A stretch of DNA of 64,000 bases. Source: a virus. Taxonomy: Duplodnaviria > Caudoviricetes. The position numbers and the translations under genes are program-made. The first letter of the stretch is position 1. The number at the start of each line of letters is the position of its first letter. The notes under the pieces were generated by a model. It did not search any database. It was not told the origin of the DNA and saw only the letters and a list, made by a program, of their open reading frames with translations. The DNA lies in IMG/VR virus record IMGVR_UViG_3300024262_002316, positions 1,268 through 65,267 of that record; one strand, 5' to 3'. Below are positions 18,810 to 29,025 of the stretch, piece by piece.

Positions 18810-20147
18810 TCAATCTAGGCTCACTAGTCCATTTATCTTAGCCGCAGATAAGTTTGTAGTATATGCCCACTGAAGACTAAACTGTAATTCATTAGCAGCT
18901 TCATCTCTTGTTACGTTTTGTGCTACAAGCCTTAAAGAAACATAGTTTGCTGAATCGGGTCTCAATGCATTTATTCTTGTTTCAGCGTAATCTAGCAAGT
19001 CTGTAAAGACATACCCTGCTTCAGCTTTTGCACTTCCAGTTATAGATATGCTTCCCTCTGTAGATGTCCCTATGTTTTGAACAACGTTTCCTAGTGTTCT
19101 ACCAAAGATGGGGAATGTAGCATATACAACCGTTGGTTGGTTGTCAGCAAAATTAATGTCAAATGACTCAACACCTGATGGTAGGTTTTCTTGAGCGTCA
19201 TCTGTATAGCTGTAGTTGTAAGTTATAGATCCATTAAACTCACTCTTTGATATTGATTCACTTGTAGTTGTAGCGGTGTATAGGGTGGCGGATCCGCCTA
19301 GTTGAGAGTACACCCCAGAAGCATCTGCTGGTAGAGCGTCTCTTACTAGGTTGTTCCAACCACTTAGGGCATTTGTAAAGCCTGACGTGCTTCTACCGAG
19401 CCCCTTAACTTCTCCCTGAAGACTAACCGTAGTTATTCCATCTGAAACATCCATACTAGCATCTTGCGTATGAATATAAGCTCCAGAGGAAACTACGAAT
19501 GTTTCGTTTATAGAAAACGAGCCAGCAGCTACGTCTACATCTTCTGATCTCTGACTAGCATAAGCGGTAGTTGTTCCAGAGGCTTGAGCGAAAGCAGGAT
19601 GCGAAGGCGGCTGATTTCCACTACCAACCCTAGTTAGAACAAAAGTTCTCGCGTTATCAAGAGCATTGTTTCCACTAGAACTAGTGTCAAGTCCAATGGC
19701 ACTGACACTGTGAGATAAGTTTATAGTCTTTCTATTTTCATCTTCATCATAGCTCCAGCTTTCAGAATAGTCTGATATAGCATCACTGGAAACTGCTTCT
19801 TCATATATAGCTGTGAATGTATAAGTTGATCTATCGGCCCAAGTTCCTTCGTCCATAGTAAAATCTGTTATCTTGGGATAAACCCCGGATAGTAGACCGG
19901 AACCATTTTCTAATATTGACAATTCTCCATTGTCTGTTTTTAGTGCATCAAGAATGCTATTTCTACTAGATATTACATCTGATATATTGCTAGCATCTCC
20001 ACTTGTTTCTAGAATATTTCCCGCAAAGGACAAAGTATTTCTAAGAGCTACTCCAGATCCCCTAGAGTCTCTGACCATCTCAACGTCCCAAGAAAACAAG
20101 GGTGCTGGGACTAATTGTTGACTATTATACGATACTGTAACAGCCAT
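18810..20147 (-). CDS. Putative distal tail/tail-tip protein
   Basis: First large gene after the tape measure gene; LVPAPLF N-terminal motif and internally repeated beta structure. Confidence 0.55.
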   Translation of the reverse strand: MAVTVSYNSQQLVPAPLFSWDVEMVRDSRGSGVALRNTLSFAGNILETSGDASNISDVISSRNSILDALKTDNGELSILENGSGLLSGVYPKITDFTMDEGTWADRSTYTFTAIYEEAVSSDAISDYSESWSYDEDENRKTINLSHSVSAIGLDTSSSGNNALDNARTFVLTRVGSGNQPPSHPAFAQASGTTTAYASQRSEDVDVAAGSFSINETFVVSSGAYIHTQDASMDVSDGITTVSLQGEVKGLGRSTSGFTNALSGWNNLVRDALPADASGVYSQLGGSATLYTATTTSESISKSEFNGSITYNYSYTDDAQENLPSGVESFDINFADNQPTVVYATFPIFGRTLGNVVQNIGTSTEGSISITGSAKAEAGYVFTDLLDYAETRINALRPDSANYVSLRLVAQNVTRDEAANELQFSLQWAYTTNLSAAKINGLVSLD

Positions 20148-20215
20148 TAGCTACTCCTCTTATTCTTAGCCTTAGTTCTCTTTACTGATTCAGATATTTT
20201 TCTTGTTTTATTCAT
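20147..20215 (-). CDS. Possible 22-aa basic micro-ORF (MNKTRKISESVKRTKAKNKRSS)
   Basis: ATG 3 nt after the tape-measure stop, with GGAAGG upstream. Its TAA overlaps the next ATG (TAATG). Confidence 0.3.
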   Translation of the reverse strand: MNKTRKISESVKRTKAKNKRSS

Positions 20216-20218
20216 TTC

Positions 20219-23200
20219 TTACCTTCCCAAAGCATCCGAAAGGCCGACTTCATTCATTCGCGTTATGATATCAAGTATAAGCCCCGATATGGCTTCCATC
20301 TCTCCACCTGACGCAAACTTTCCGGCCAACTCTCTTTCAAGTCTTTGGCTTAAACCTTCGACTCCTCTTAAGTTAATATTTCTTTGCGTGTCCACATTTA
20401 ACTGCACACTCTGGACACCTCCAGTTGCCACATCTGCTCTGAGTCCTCTTATCTCTCCAACTAAGGACTCCATAAGAGTATTTAATGCAGTTGTATCAGC
20501 ATTTCCATTAGCTGCAAATTTTTGACTTCTAGGTTTAAAGCCTAGGCTGTTTGATTGCCTTCTTGTTAATACGGTCTCAGAAGTGTTGGCTAGCATTAGT
20601 TTTGATCCAGCGGGCATTAATCTTTTTTCTTTTCTTGCAGCTCCAACTAGTCCGTTTATCTCAGCTCCAGAAAGAGTTCCACCGGCAGCCCCACCTATTG
20701 CTTCTCTTCCTGAGAAGGATATAGATCTTAGAGCACTAACAATATCTCTACCAACGCTTTTTATAGATACATTGAAATCTCTAGTCTTATCTTCAATTCC
20801 CTGCAACTTGTCAAGGGCTCTGTCTGTGTAGAACTTCAAGGTGCTGGCGTCGGCAACGGCAACGTTTCTTGTCGCGGTAGCTTCAGCTAGGTTGTTTAAC
20901 GCAATTTGCTTTTGAAGATTAGCAACTGACAATTGGTCCTTTGCAGTTCTAACACCCTCTTCTGCTTGGGCAGCGGCAGATTGTGTAGCAGCTAAGGAAT
21001 CTTGAGTAGCAGTTAACTGCTCTTTAGAAACTGAATCGGTGGCTAGCTGTAGCGACACCTGTCTAAGCTGTTCTAATTGTCCTGCTAACCCGGTTTGCTC
21101 AGAACCGAATCCTTCTAACTGTTCTCTTAGTCCAGGTATAATATCCGTGAACCCAGCAACGGCACTTCTTAGTTCCTCTGGAACGGCAGCCGCACTAATG
21201 TCTCCCGATGCAACCCCTTGGGCTATCTGTTGAGCCTGTTGAAGTTGATTTCTCTGTTGGTCTGATGCCGTGAAGAAACTAACTGCGAACCCACTTATAC
21301 TAGATGCTAGCTGTGTGACTTTCTGTAGCAATTCGGCGGCAGATTGCGCTCTAATCTGGGATAGTAATTGTTCACTAGCAATTGTTCTGTTTAATTGGTT
21401 TGTTACTTGATCTATGTTAGAAGCGGCGAAGTCAAAAGCATTAGCTAGACTAAGCTGAACCCCAGTAGATTCAAGAGCAGCTCTTTGTGCATTGCTAACA
21501 TCAACTGCATATCTAGCTTGAGCATCCGCAGCTTCTCTAAGTGCAGTTACAATATCAGAGTTTGCAGAAGCCAATTCGGCTCTAGCAGAAGCTAATCCTT
21601 GTTCAGCAGATATGATGGCTTGGTTAGATGCCAACACTTTTTCAGCAGCTTCAACCCTATCTTTTTCTGAAGAGGTAACTCTTCTACTAGACTCTTCAGA
21701 TATCTTAGCAATTCCTTCGAATGCTTTATTTATCTGAGACTCTATTAGAGCGGCTCTTTCGATTACAGCAGTTCTATCTGTGTCCTGTCTTCCAAGTGCT
21801 TCACCTTGGGTTCTGGCGGTTCCTTGTAGCTGAGCAAGAGATGATTCGGCAGCTACCACTCTCTCAGAGTCGTTTAATAGTTCAGCAGCTTTAACTAGCT
21901 CTTTGGCATTCTTAATCTCTTTAGAATTTAATAACTCCCTCTGTCTCTTAGCAACATTTATCTGAAGCTCCCTATTTAGTTTTTCTTGAAGAAGACCTTT
22001 TTCAATCTCTAGAATGTTAATAGGCTTATTGTTAGTTTCTCCCTTAAGTTTTCTTATTTGAATTTCTCTTGCAATTATTTCATCAGCACTTCTAATTCGT
22101 TGAGACTCAATAGACTGTATTTGATTGCGAAATTCTAATTCCTTCTTAGTCTCTTCAAAAATTCTCTTTTGAGAGTTGGCAGCAATCTCTGTGGTTTTCT
22201 CAATCCCTTTTAATTGCTCTTGAATCAATCTATAAGCAGAAAGTGAATCATTTAAAAGCTTAGCCTGCTTCTTGTCTTCTTCGGTTAGCCTTGCACCAAG
22301 CTCTTGGGTTTTTGTAGCAACTTCGTTTATTTTAAGAGATACTCCCGCTGCTTTCTGTAATTCTTTAACTCTCTTTTCAGCCTCTTCTGATAGCCTTCCA
22401 GCTACGTCAATGGCGCTTTCTTCTGACGTTAATAGGTCTTGGGCGAGATCTTGAAGTAATCCAATTCCCTTAAAAAGATCACTTTTCCCAATAGGGATAC
22501 CAAGAAAATTATCTTTTTGCCCCAGTTTATCGAATCCTTGTTTAAACGACCCTATTTTATCCCTTAGATTCTTGGTAGCATCCTCAGCATTTTTACTATT
22601 ATTAGCTATTTCCTTCATGTCTTTAGCTAGCTTAGTAAGTGGTTCTATAGCCTCATCTGCCAATGCTTGAAGTCTAGCTAATTCTACGTTAGACTCACTA
22701 ATAGCTTCTTTTAATTTTGAAGTCTGGGCTGTCTGTATCTTGAATGGAGCATCACCCTCTGCTATTCCGTTTAATGCTTCGGCTTGGACAAAAGGATTTG
22801 ATGATGTATTAAAATCTCTTTTTTGTCCAATATTGATTCCTCTTCCATCTGGACTAAATCCATCTTGTTCTATTCTCCCTAGTTTGCCAATACCTTTTTC
22901 TAATTCAGAAACGGCAGATGCGAACGTAGACGATAATCCGGTTGACTCTAAGTCTTGTTGCCTTAGTGTTTTCAAATAATCCTCTGACGCCTGATTAACT
23001 TTCTCAATAATATCTACTCGCCTTTTATCAGCAATTATGTCTTTGGAAATCTCGATAGACAGGTTAGATAATCCTTGACTTGCCTGGTTAAGTCCTTGCA
23101 CTATAGGAACAGTATTTATTTTGTCAAGGGTGTTAGCTATGAAGTTATCTTTAATAGCAGATTCGGCCTTTGCAAATGCATCACCTATTCTCTTGGCGGC

Positions 23201-25438
23201 AAACTCTAGAGAGCCTGTAAGGAAAGCTGTGGCCACGCCAGTTTTTCCAAAGAGACTACCAAGCAATGCTCCATTTTTAACAAACGAACCAGCAAAATTA
23301 CTAGTGTCTGCTCCAAGCTTACCAAGGAAAGTATCTGTCTTTATAATAGTAGTACCTAGTTTTGCAAATACACTTCCAAGAACATCAGCTCCAGCAAATA
23401 ACGCTGCGGTCCTCCCTCCTGTTGACAACCCTCCTTTAGCTCCGGCTCTTACTTTAGATGTTTGGGCTTCAAGGTTTATCAAGATATCAGCACGTTGCTG
23501 TTCAAGTTTAATTCTATTTTTTAAACCTAATATTAATTTTTGGTCGCCAGCAATTTCAGCAGACAGAAGTTGGGCTCTTGCACTTAGTTGATTGTTTATT
23601 GAGCCCTCAAGTTGAATACGTCTAGATAAAGATTTCTGTACAGCACTGTTTACGGCTAAGTTGTTATTATTCTTATTTTTCTTCTGTAGAGCCTGACCTC
23701 TAAGAAATACTTTCTGTTGCTCTATTAGGTTTTGAGTTAGGTTTTGAGCCCCTTTAGTTGATGTCTGGAAGAAGTCTCTGGCCCCGGCGATCAGTGGGCC
23801 TTTTAAAAGTGTTATTAGTCCAACTATTCCGCCGACTAATGCAGACTTAACAACACCTCCAAGGTTTATAAATCCAACTTCAACTGAATCAAGAGCTGTG
23901 GTAATTCCAGTTAGAGTAGATATAGTTCCGGTTAGGGAATCTATTAGCTCTCCAGCGAACCCAGCAGCTCCATCTTGGCCCCCAGTTGATATTCCAGCTA
24001 AGCTTGCACTTAATGCTTTGAATGATGTAGTTAAGTTCGTTGCTCTTACAGATAGTTTTGCTAACTCAGCTTCGTTTTTAGCATTTAGAGCAGCAGATCC
24101 ATCCACCTCCGTGTTGTATAGGCTCTGAGCTTTTTGTAGGTTGTTGATAGCTCCAATAAATACGTTAGTCTGTCTAACTCCAGCAACTTGGTTTGCAACT
24201 TGGTTTTTCTGTTGCGCGTTGAGTAGAGGGAAGATTTTAGCTATCTTAGTGAAGATGTCAAGAACGCTGTCACTTGAATTAATTACAGCATCTTGTGCTC
24301 CAACTGCATTAGCGAATCCATTATTTAGTTCTACAATTTCTTTTCTGAACTTTTGAGTTCTAGCAAACAATGTCTTAAACGCAGTACCAACAGTTGATGC
24401 ACCTAGTCTTGTTTGTTCTAATGTTCCAGCAAGTAGCCCTGTTAGTTCTTCGAAGCTAACACCGGCAGCTTCAGCAGACGAAGCTGATCTTAGGAATGCC
24501 GTTCCGACTTCTGTAACGCTGGTAGCAGACTGGTCTGCAAATACTGCTATTGTTCCTAGTTTTTGAGATAGCTCTCCAGCAGTAATGCCGAACACTTGTT
24601 GGGCAGCCGTAGCTAGTCGAGCAGAGTCAGCAGCACTTAGAGTTGAAATGTTAGAAAGCTTCAAAGCCTCCTCTGAAAACCTAGCGGCTTCTGCTAGTGA
24701 CTTGCCCTGACGAACGAATTCGTTTATAGAAGTACTTACTTCTTCGATGCTTCTACCAGTTTTCAAAGCAGTGCTTGTTAGTGCTCCAAATGCTGCACCT
24801 ATGTTTCCAGCAGCTCTTTGAACTTTCGACAAGTCTTGGATAGCTTTATCAAAGTCAAAAACCCCTGCGAACCCTGCCCCAACTAGGTTCTGAGCTACAC
24901 CAACTGCTCTAATAGCTATGGCATACTCTGCGAATCTTTGAGTAATGGCGGAGACCCTTGCACCAAGCTCTTTAAAAGAAACCCCGCCCTGTCCAACAGC
25001 TCTGTTGTATCTCTGTTGGGCTCTAAGAGCACTCGGAGTTGATCTAGTTGCAATCTCTTCAACTAAGCTTTTGAAAGAACGAGCATTGGCTAGATCTCTA
25101 CCTTTGATCAGAGCATCTCCTGGAGAGCCAGCAGGTTGAGTTCCAACTTGAGTCGGACTCTTCTGGCCTTGACCAGCGGTTACATTTAGCTTTATGCTAG
25201 AAAGTTCTTTTTGAAGCTGAGTCTTTAGTCTAGTTAAAGCACTTTGACTTATCTTTATCTTATTTAGGGTAAGAGTTATATCCTTAAACGCAGCATTGAT
25301 AGCACTTTTGCTAACTTTAATTTTATCTATAGAAACATTACGAAGCTGCTTGGCAATAGTGTCAGTTAGCGTCTTTGTATCGATGGACGACTTATCTATC
25401 TTAAATCCAATATTTAGTATAAGATCATTCTTAGCCAA
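20219..25438 (-). CDS. Tail tape measure protein
   Basis: 1739 aa, Ala/Gln-rich and helical, with a TP901-type TMP core (A..AGVSFEELTG...GTAFKT). Located downstream of tail tube and chaperones. Confidence 0.92.
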   Translation of the reverse strand: MAKNDLILNIGFKIDKSSIDTKTLTDTIAKQLRNVSIDKIKVSKSAINAAFKDITLTLNKIKISQSALTRLKTQLQKELSSIKLNVTAGQGQKSPTQVGTQPAGSPGDALIKGRDLANARSFKSLVEEIATRSTPSALRAQQRYNRAVGQGGVSFKELGARVSAITQRFAEYAIAIRAVGVAQNLVGAGFAGVFDFDKAIQDLSKVQRAAGNIGAAFGALTSTALKTGRSIEEVSTSINEFVRQGKSLAEAARFSEEALKLSNISTLSAADSARLATAAQQVFGITAGELSQKLGTIAVFADQSATSVTEVGTAFLRSASSAEAAGVSFEELTGLLAGTLEQTRLGASTVGTAFKTLFARTQKFRKEIVELNNGFANAVGAQDAVINSSDSVLDIFTKIAKIFPLLNAQQKNQVANQVAGVRQTNVFIGAINNLQKAQSLYNTEVDGSAALNAKNEAELAKLSVRATNLTTSFKALSASLAGISTGGQDGAAGFAGELIDSLTGTISTLTGITTALDSVEVGFINLGGVVKSALVGGIVGLITLLKGPLIAGARDFFQTSTKGAQNLTQNLIEQQKVFLRGQALQKKNKNNNNLAVNSAVQKSLSRRIQLEGSINNQLSARAQLLSAEIAGDQKLILGLKNRIKLEQQRADILINLEAQTSKVRAGAKGGLSTGGRTAALFAGADVLGSVFAKLGTTIIKTDTFLGKLGADTSNFAGSFVKNGALLGSLFGKTGVATAFLTGSLEFAAKRIGDAFAKAESAIKDNFIANTLDKINTVPIVQGLNQASQGLSNLSIEISKDIIADKRRVDIIEKVNQASEDYLKTLRQQDLESTGLSSTFASAVSELEKGIGKLGRIEQDGFSPDGRGINIGQKRDFNTSSNPFVQAEALNGIAEGDAPFKIQTAQTSKLKEAISESNVELARLQALADEAIEPLTKLAKDMKEIANNSKNAEDATKNLRDKIGSFKQGFDKLGQKDNFLGIPIGKSDLFKGIGLLQDLAQDLLTSEESAIDVAGRLSEEAEKRVKELQKAAGVSLKINEVATKTQELGARLTEEDKKQAKLLNDSLSAYRLIQEQLKGIEKTTEIAANSQKRIFEETKKELEFRNQIQSIESQRIRSADEIIAREIQIRKLKGETNNKPINILEIEKGLLQEKLNRELQINVAKRQRELLNSKEIKNAKELVKAAELLNDSERVVAAESSLAQLQGTARTQGEALGRQDTDRTAVIERAALIESQINKAFEGIAKISEESSRRVTSSEKDRVEAAEKVLASNQAIISAEQGLASARAELASANSDIVTALREAADAQARYAVDVSNAQRAALESTGVQLSLANAFDFAASNIDQVTNQLNRTIASEQLLSQIRAQSAAELLQKVTQLASSISGFAVSFFTASDQQRNQLQQAQQIAQGVASGDISAAAVPEELRSAVAGFTDIIPGLREQLEGFGSEQTGLAGQLEQLRQVSLQLATDSVSKEQLTATQDSLAATQSAAAQAEEGVRTAKDQLSVANLQKQIALNNLAEATATRNVAVADASTLKFYTDRALDKLQGIEDKTRDFNVSIKSVGRDIVSALRSISFSGREAIGGAAGGTLSGAEINGLVGAARKEKRLMPAGSKLMLANTSETVLTRRQSNSLGFKPRSQKFAANGNADTTALNTLMESLVGEIRGLRADVATGGVQSVQLNVDTQRNINLRGVEGLSQRLERELAGKFASGGEMEAISGLILDIITRMNEVGLSDALGR

Positions 25439-25452
25439 GACTCACTCCTCTT

Positions 25453-26130
25453 TTACTTTTTATTAGAAGTACGCGGTTTCCTAGGTTTAATAACTTTCTT
25501 TTTGGTTAAAACTTTAGCTTCTTCTTTCTCTTCTAATTCATGAGCCCTATTAAGAAACAAGATTTCTTCCCAGTCATCTGTAAGATCTCTGTCTTTATCA
25601 AATCCATGCTGTGCTAAATATGCTGCTGTTAAAATCTTTCCAAAGTCATCAGGATTATCAAAACTATATTTCTCTAAATCTTCATTGGTGTCAAAAACGT
25701 TTTTACCATTCTCATCAACAGTAGCAACTCTTATATAAAGAAATACTCTCTCTTGGTTGGCGGTTCCTTCTGCTGTCTGTCTAAACAGTTCCATTTTTTC
25801 ACCTATTAACGAAGTTAGATCAGCTCTAGCAGTAATCATCTTTGCCATCACTTCTTTAGATTCGTCATTGAACTTATCAAAAGTTTTTATTTTCTCAGAA
25901 AGATCATTAAGTTCCATAGCAAGCCTAGCAACTTCTTGCTCTTGTTCTTTACACCAAGATCCGTTCTTTTCATAAAGACGTGCAGCCTGTTTTTCGGTCA
26001 TTAGACCAAGCTTAATGCATTCTCCGAATATCTTTCGATAATATCTATCAAGTTCAAATATCTCTCTTTGAGTAATGTCCTTAAAAGAAAAATCAGATAA
26101 TTCCCCATTTATAGAAATCTTATTCTCCAT
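25453..26130 (-). CDS. Putative tail assembly chaperone
   Basis: Lies between tail tube and tape measure; resembles the N-terminal two thirds of 26353..27396. Confidence 0.5.
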   Translation of the reverse strand: MENKISINGELSDFSFKDITQREIFELDRYYRKIFGECIKLGLMTEKQAARLYEKNGSWCKEQEQEVARLAMELNDLSEKIKTFDKFNDESKEVMAKMITARADLTSLIGEKMELFRQTAEGTANQERVFLYIRVATVDENGKNVFDTNEDLEKYSFDNPDDFGKILTAAYLAQHGFDKDRDLTDDWEEILFLNRAHELEEKEEAKVLTKKKVIKPRKPRTSNKK

Positions 26131-26350
26131 CTTTAAAATCCTCCCTTTTTTCCTGAAAAGCTTTTTGGACCCTTCTTATGGCGTCATTCCCATTTCTAAG
26201 AATAGATGATCTCATGGTTCCAAATCCAGGAGACTTTTTACCGCCTAGCATGATCTCTAAAATATCTAAAGTCGATTTAAACATTCCTTTTATTTGTAAT
26301 TCACAGTAAGTCTGAAGCTCTAAAAGCTCACGATCTTCGTCTTTCTTCAT
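26120..26350 (-). CDS. Hypothetical protein
   Basis: 76 aa coupled ORF containing FGTMRSSILRNGNDAIR. Confidence 0.6.
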   Translation of the reverse strand: MKKDEDRELLELQTYCELQIKGMFKSTLDILEIMLGGKKSPGFGTMRSSILRNGNDAIRRVQKAFQEKREDFKDGE

Positions 26351-26352
26351 GC

Positions 26353-27396
26353 TTATTGTCTACCCTTCCTAAAGTCTTTCTTAACATGCCAATCCTTGAC
26401 AGTCCCCTCTTTGTCAATCTTCTCTTTGGTCTCTTTTATTATCTGTCTAGACATAGTAGTATTTTCGTTATAAATCTCTTGAATTGTCTCAGTATCATTA
26501 TTGTCTACCATAATAAACTCTTCCAGGAATTCGCTACTCTTTCCACTTATCTTAAGTCCCTTTTTACTACCTACAGAAGACCTTTTAGCCTCTTTATTTT
26601 GATCTTCAACCCATCTGTCTAGGGTAGCATCGTCTTCTATGGTGCGAGCATCTGGGCGGTCCATAGATTCGAACACATAGTCATAGTACTGAGACCAGTA
26701 GACAAGAGAATTCTGAACCTGGGTCCACTCTGAGATGGGCTTGCCAAATAGGCTTTCTCCGTTTTTAGACGCACTCCACCTATATCTCCATGATCCAGAT
26801 CTGGCTATTTTACGCAAATTCTTTTCTGTGTTCAAGTTGTTATTTATATATTTTATTGTCAAGTTAAATATAAGCTCTTCGTCGGTTGAATCCAGATAAG
26901 CGTCTTCGTTTGCCCAGAGTTGGGAGCCATCTTCTTTTGTAGCACTGAGATATATCATATGCCTATTCATTACTTCTTCTGCATATCTCTCTGCACTAAT
27001 AGAAAAAAGCTCTATATTATAGTTCTCTATCTTTTCCAAATCTTTAGAAAGAGAATCTATCTTTCTTGTTAAAGCCCTCTGTCTTACTTTACTGGCTTTT
27101 ATTTTAGACCTAAGTCCAATTAATTTTTTAATTTCTTTTTTTAGTTTTGCTACTTCTTTATCGTCTTCTTCGGTCCAGATCTCATTCTGTAAATAGAAAT
27201 ACTCTAACTCCTCTTTACTGAGGATATTAGAGCTAAAGGCTAAATTTAGACTTTTTTCGTGAACGAAGTCTAATTCATTTTGTTCGGCTATAGTTAAAGA
27301 GCGAAGAATATAGGTTCTTTCTTCTAAGCTTCCGTCTAATACAGAAACTATGGATTTTCCCCATAGTATTTTTCGTATCTCTTTTTCTATGTCCAA
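26353..27396 (-). CDS. Putative tail assembly chaperone (long form)
   Basis: Directly after the tail tube gene; C-terminal WSQYYDYVFES..RP...IEDDATLDRW. Confidence 0.5.
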   Translation of the reverse strand: MDIEKEIRKILWGKSIVSVLDGSLEERTYILRSLTIAEQNELDFVHEKSLNLAFSSNILSKEELEYFYLQNEIWTEEDDKEVAKLKKEIKKLIGLRSKIKASKVRQRALTRKIDSLSKDLEKIENYNIELFSISAERYAEEVMNRHMIYLSATKEDGSQLWANEDAYLDSTDEELIFNLTIKYINNNLNTEKNLRKIARSGSWRYRWSASKNGESLFGKPISEWTQVQNSLVYWSQYYDYVFESMDRPDARTIEDDATLDRWVEDQNKEAKRSSVGSKKGLKISGKSSEFLEEFIMVDNNDTETIQEIYNENTTMSRQIIKETKEKIDKEGTVKDWHVKKDFRKGRQ

Positions 27397-27439
27397 CTTT
27401 AATCCCCAAGCCTTTAGAATCCCTTGCCTTTTTAATATA

Positions 27440-27469
27440 GTGGGGGGGCCACTATGGACCCCCCCCCAC
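27440..27469 (-). terminator. GC-rich hairpin after the major tail gene (possible terminator/attenuator)
   Basis: GTGGGGGGG...CCCCCCCAC inverted repeat with only a weak U-tract. Confidence 0.45.
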
Positions 27470-27483
27470 CATTAAAACATCAC

Positions 27484-28728
27484 TTAGTTTTGCACCCGAT
27501 TAGGAGTCGCTGCGTCGAAGTTCTCGTGAGAAATATTAAGGCTGTTACTATTTTGATAAGTAATAGTTAGTAGACCATTTCCACCAGTTGCGTCGTACCC
27601 ACCAAAATCAACACTAGAAACCTTGTTCGCTGTTCCAAGATCAATAGTTAACCCTCCATCGGTGACGAGGATAATAGATCTATTAGTTAGGTTGTTAGCT
27701 GTTGACACTGCTTCAATTTTATCACCTTCAGAAGTTACTATTTCAAAAGTTGTCTCTACTGTTATCGGGAAAGTTACCGATTTAAAGAATGAAGCCTTTT
27801 GTCCTAGTTTGAAAATATCTTCTCGGGCGACATCGACTGAAATATCAATACTTTGAATACTGTCGTCTGCTATGATAATGTCAGCAGGCAATGTTGAAGC
27901 ACCTACGTTAAAGTCTTCCGCTCTGGAAACACCTGAACCAATAATTGCAGCATCATAGGCATTTGAAGTACTGAACACGGCATCGGGTACACCCTCTGTG
28001 GCGGTCCAAGTTTTATCATCTCCCTGAAGCGTAACTGTTTCAGTAAAGTTTCCATCTGTAGTCATTGAAATTGCATAGGAAGATAGTACCATGCCTGAGC
28101 AAGTTACTGTGCTGTCTGCTATTCCAGATGCGCTTGATTGAGTATCCGGGTATATTGAGACAGCTACGTCGGCTTCCCATGCAGCCGTAGAACCTTTTAG
28201 GGTTGTAAAGTCAGCATCGGTAACTAGTAGCCATAGGGGTTTAGTTCCGTCAAGAACCTTCTCTATGGTTACTTCGATTTCCGGCGTTCCTTCTACGTTC
28301 TCATAGGCATCTAGTTGCCCTAGAGTGAATACATCTTCAAGGCTGAAGTTAGTTGTAATTGAAACTGACTGAACTCCAAGAGGCACTTGCCACCCTGCAA
28401 TTTCAATCTTAGCTCCACTTGCGTGTATAGCATCGGTAGTACCGAATGCTCCTCTGACTACGCCTGATATAGTGTCACCCAAAATACCTGAAGAATATGT
28501 TGCATATTCTTTAACATTTGAGCCTGAGCCCTCAATTATAAGCGTCCCAGTGGCGGGCCAGTGACCAGAGAAATTGGTCGCATTGAGAATAATAGTGGTA
28601 GCAGCAGGCGCGAGAGTGCCAGAAACCAAGGTCCCACTATAAAATCCCATTACATCTGACCCCGAAGGGAGTGCGTTGTCTTTAAGGGCAAGCTGAGCAG
28701 TCGCGTACGTAATTCTATTGTTGGGCAT
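27484..28728 (-). CDS. Major tail (tube) protein
   Basis: GVQSVSITTNFSLEDVFTLGQL.YEN.EG.PEIEV and REDIFKLGQK repeats; lies after the tail-completion gene. Confidence 0.75.
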   Translation of the reverse strand: MPNNRITYATAQLALKDNALPSGSDVMGFYSGTLVSGTLAPAATTIILNATNFSGHWPATGTLIIEGSGSNVKEYATYSSGILGDTISGVVRGAFGTTDAIHASGAKIEIAGWQVPLGVQSVSITTNFSLEDVFTLGQLDAYENVEGTPEIEVTIEKVLDGTKPLWLLVTDADFTTLKGSTAAWEADVAVSIYPDTQSSASGIADSTVTCSGMVLSSYAISMTTDGNFTETVTLQGDDKTWTATEGVPDAVFSTSNAYDAAIIGSGVSRAEDFNVGASTLPADIIIADDSIQSIDISVDVAREDIFKLGQKASFFKSVTFPITVETTFEIVTSEGDKIEAVSTANNLTNRSIILVTDGGLTIDLGTANKVSSVDFGGYDATGGNGLLTITYQNSNSLNISHENFDAATPNRVQN

Positions 28729-28954
28729 CGTAAGTCCCCATTTCTATTGAGCTTATGTTAATTCGAATCATTTTTCTAAGTTTATTTATGTAACATTTAG
28801 ACCTTTCAGCCTGAATAGATGGATCTTGATGATATGTACTTAATTGGCGCTTCCCTCTAATCGTCCTGTGTTCGTCGCAGTAATGATATTTTTTATCATA
28901 TCCAGGTCTATTAGACGTTTCTTTTTCACATTTTCCATATCCACAATTACTCAA
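28715..28954 (-). CDS. Small Cys/His-rich hypothetical protein
   Basis: TTG start with GGAGG RBS; CxxxxC...YCxxH motif. Confidence 0.45.
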   Translation of the reverse strand: MSNCGYGKCEKETSNRPGYDKKYHYCDEHRTIRGKRQLSTYHQDPSIQAERSKCYINKLRKMIRINISSIEMGTYDAQQ

Positions 28955-28993
28955 AAATCCTCCTAATACAAAGTGATGTCGTCCTTATAATAA

Positions 28994-28999
28994 TATACG
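28994..28999 (-). promoter_or_regulatory. CGTATA putative late-promoter motif (tail tube)
   Basis: CGTATATTATTA upstream of 28954 and 28728. Confidence 0.5.
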
Positions 29000-29025
29000 A
29001 ATTTTTTTAGTATAACTTGTACAAG

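Noticed and set aside
8028-20147. SG enrichment as a DNA-level repeat or restriction-related motif
   Set aside because: SG is encoded by varied codons (TCT, TCA, TCC, TCG, AGT plus GGN) and is in-frame specific, so it is a protein-level pattern.
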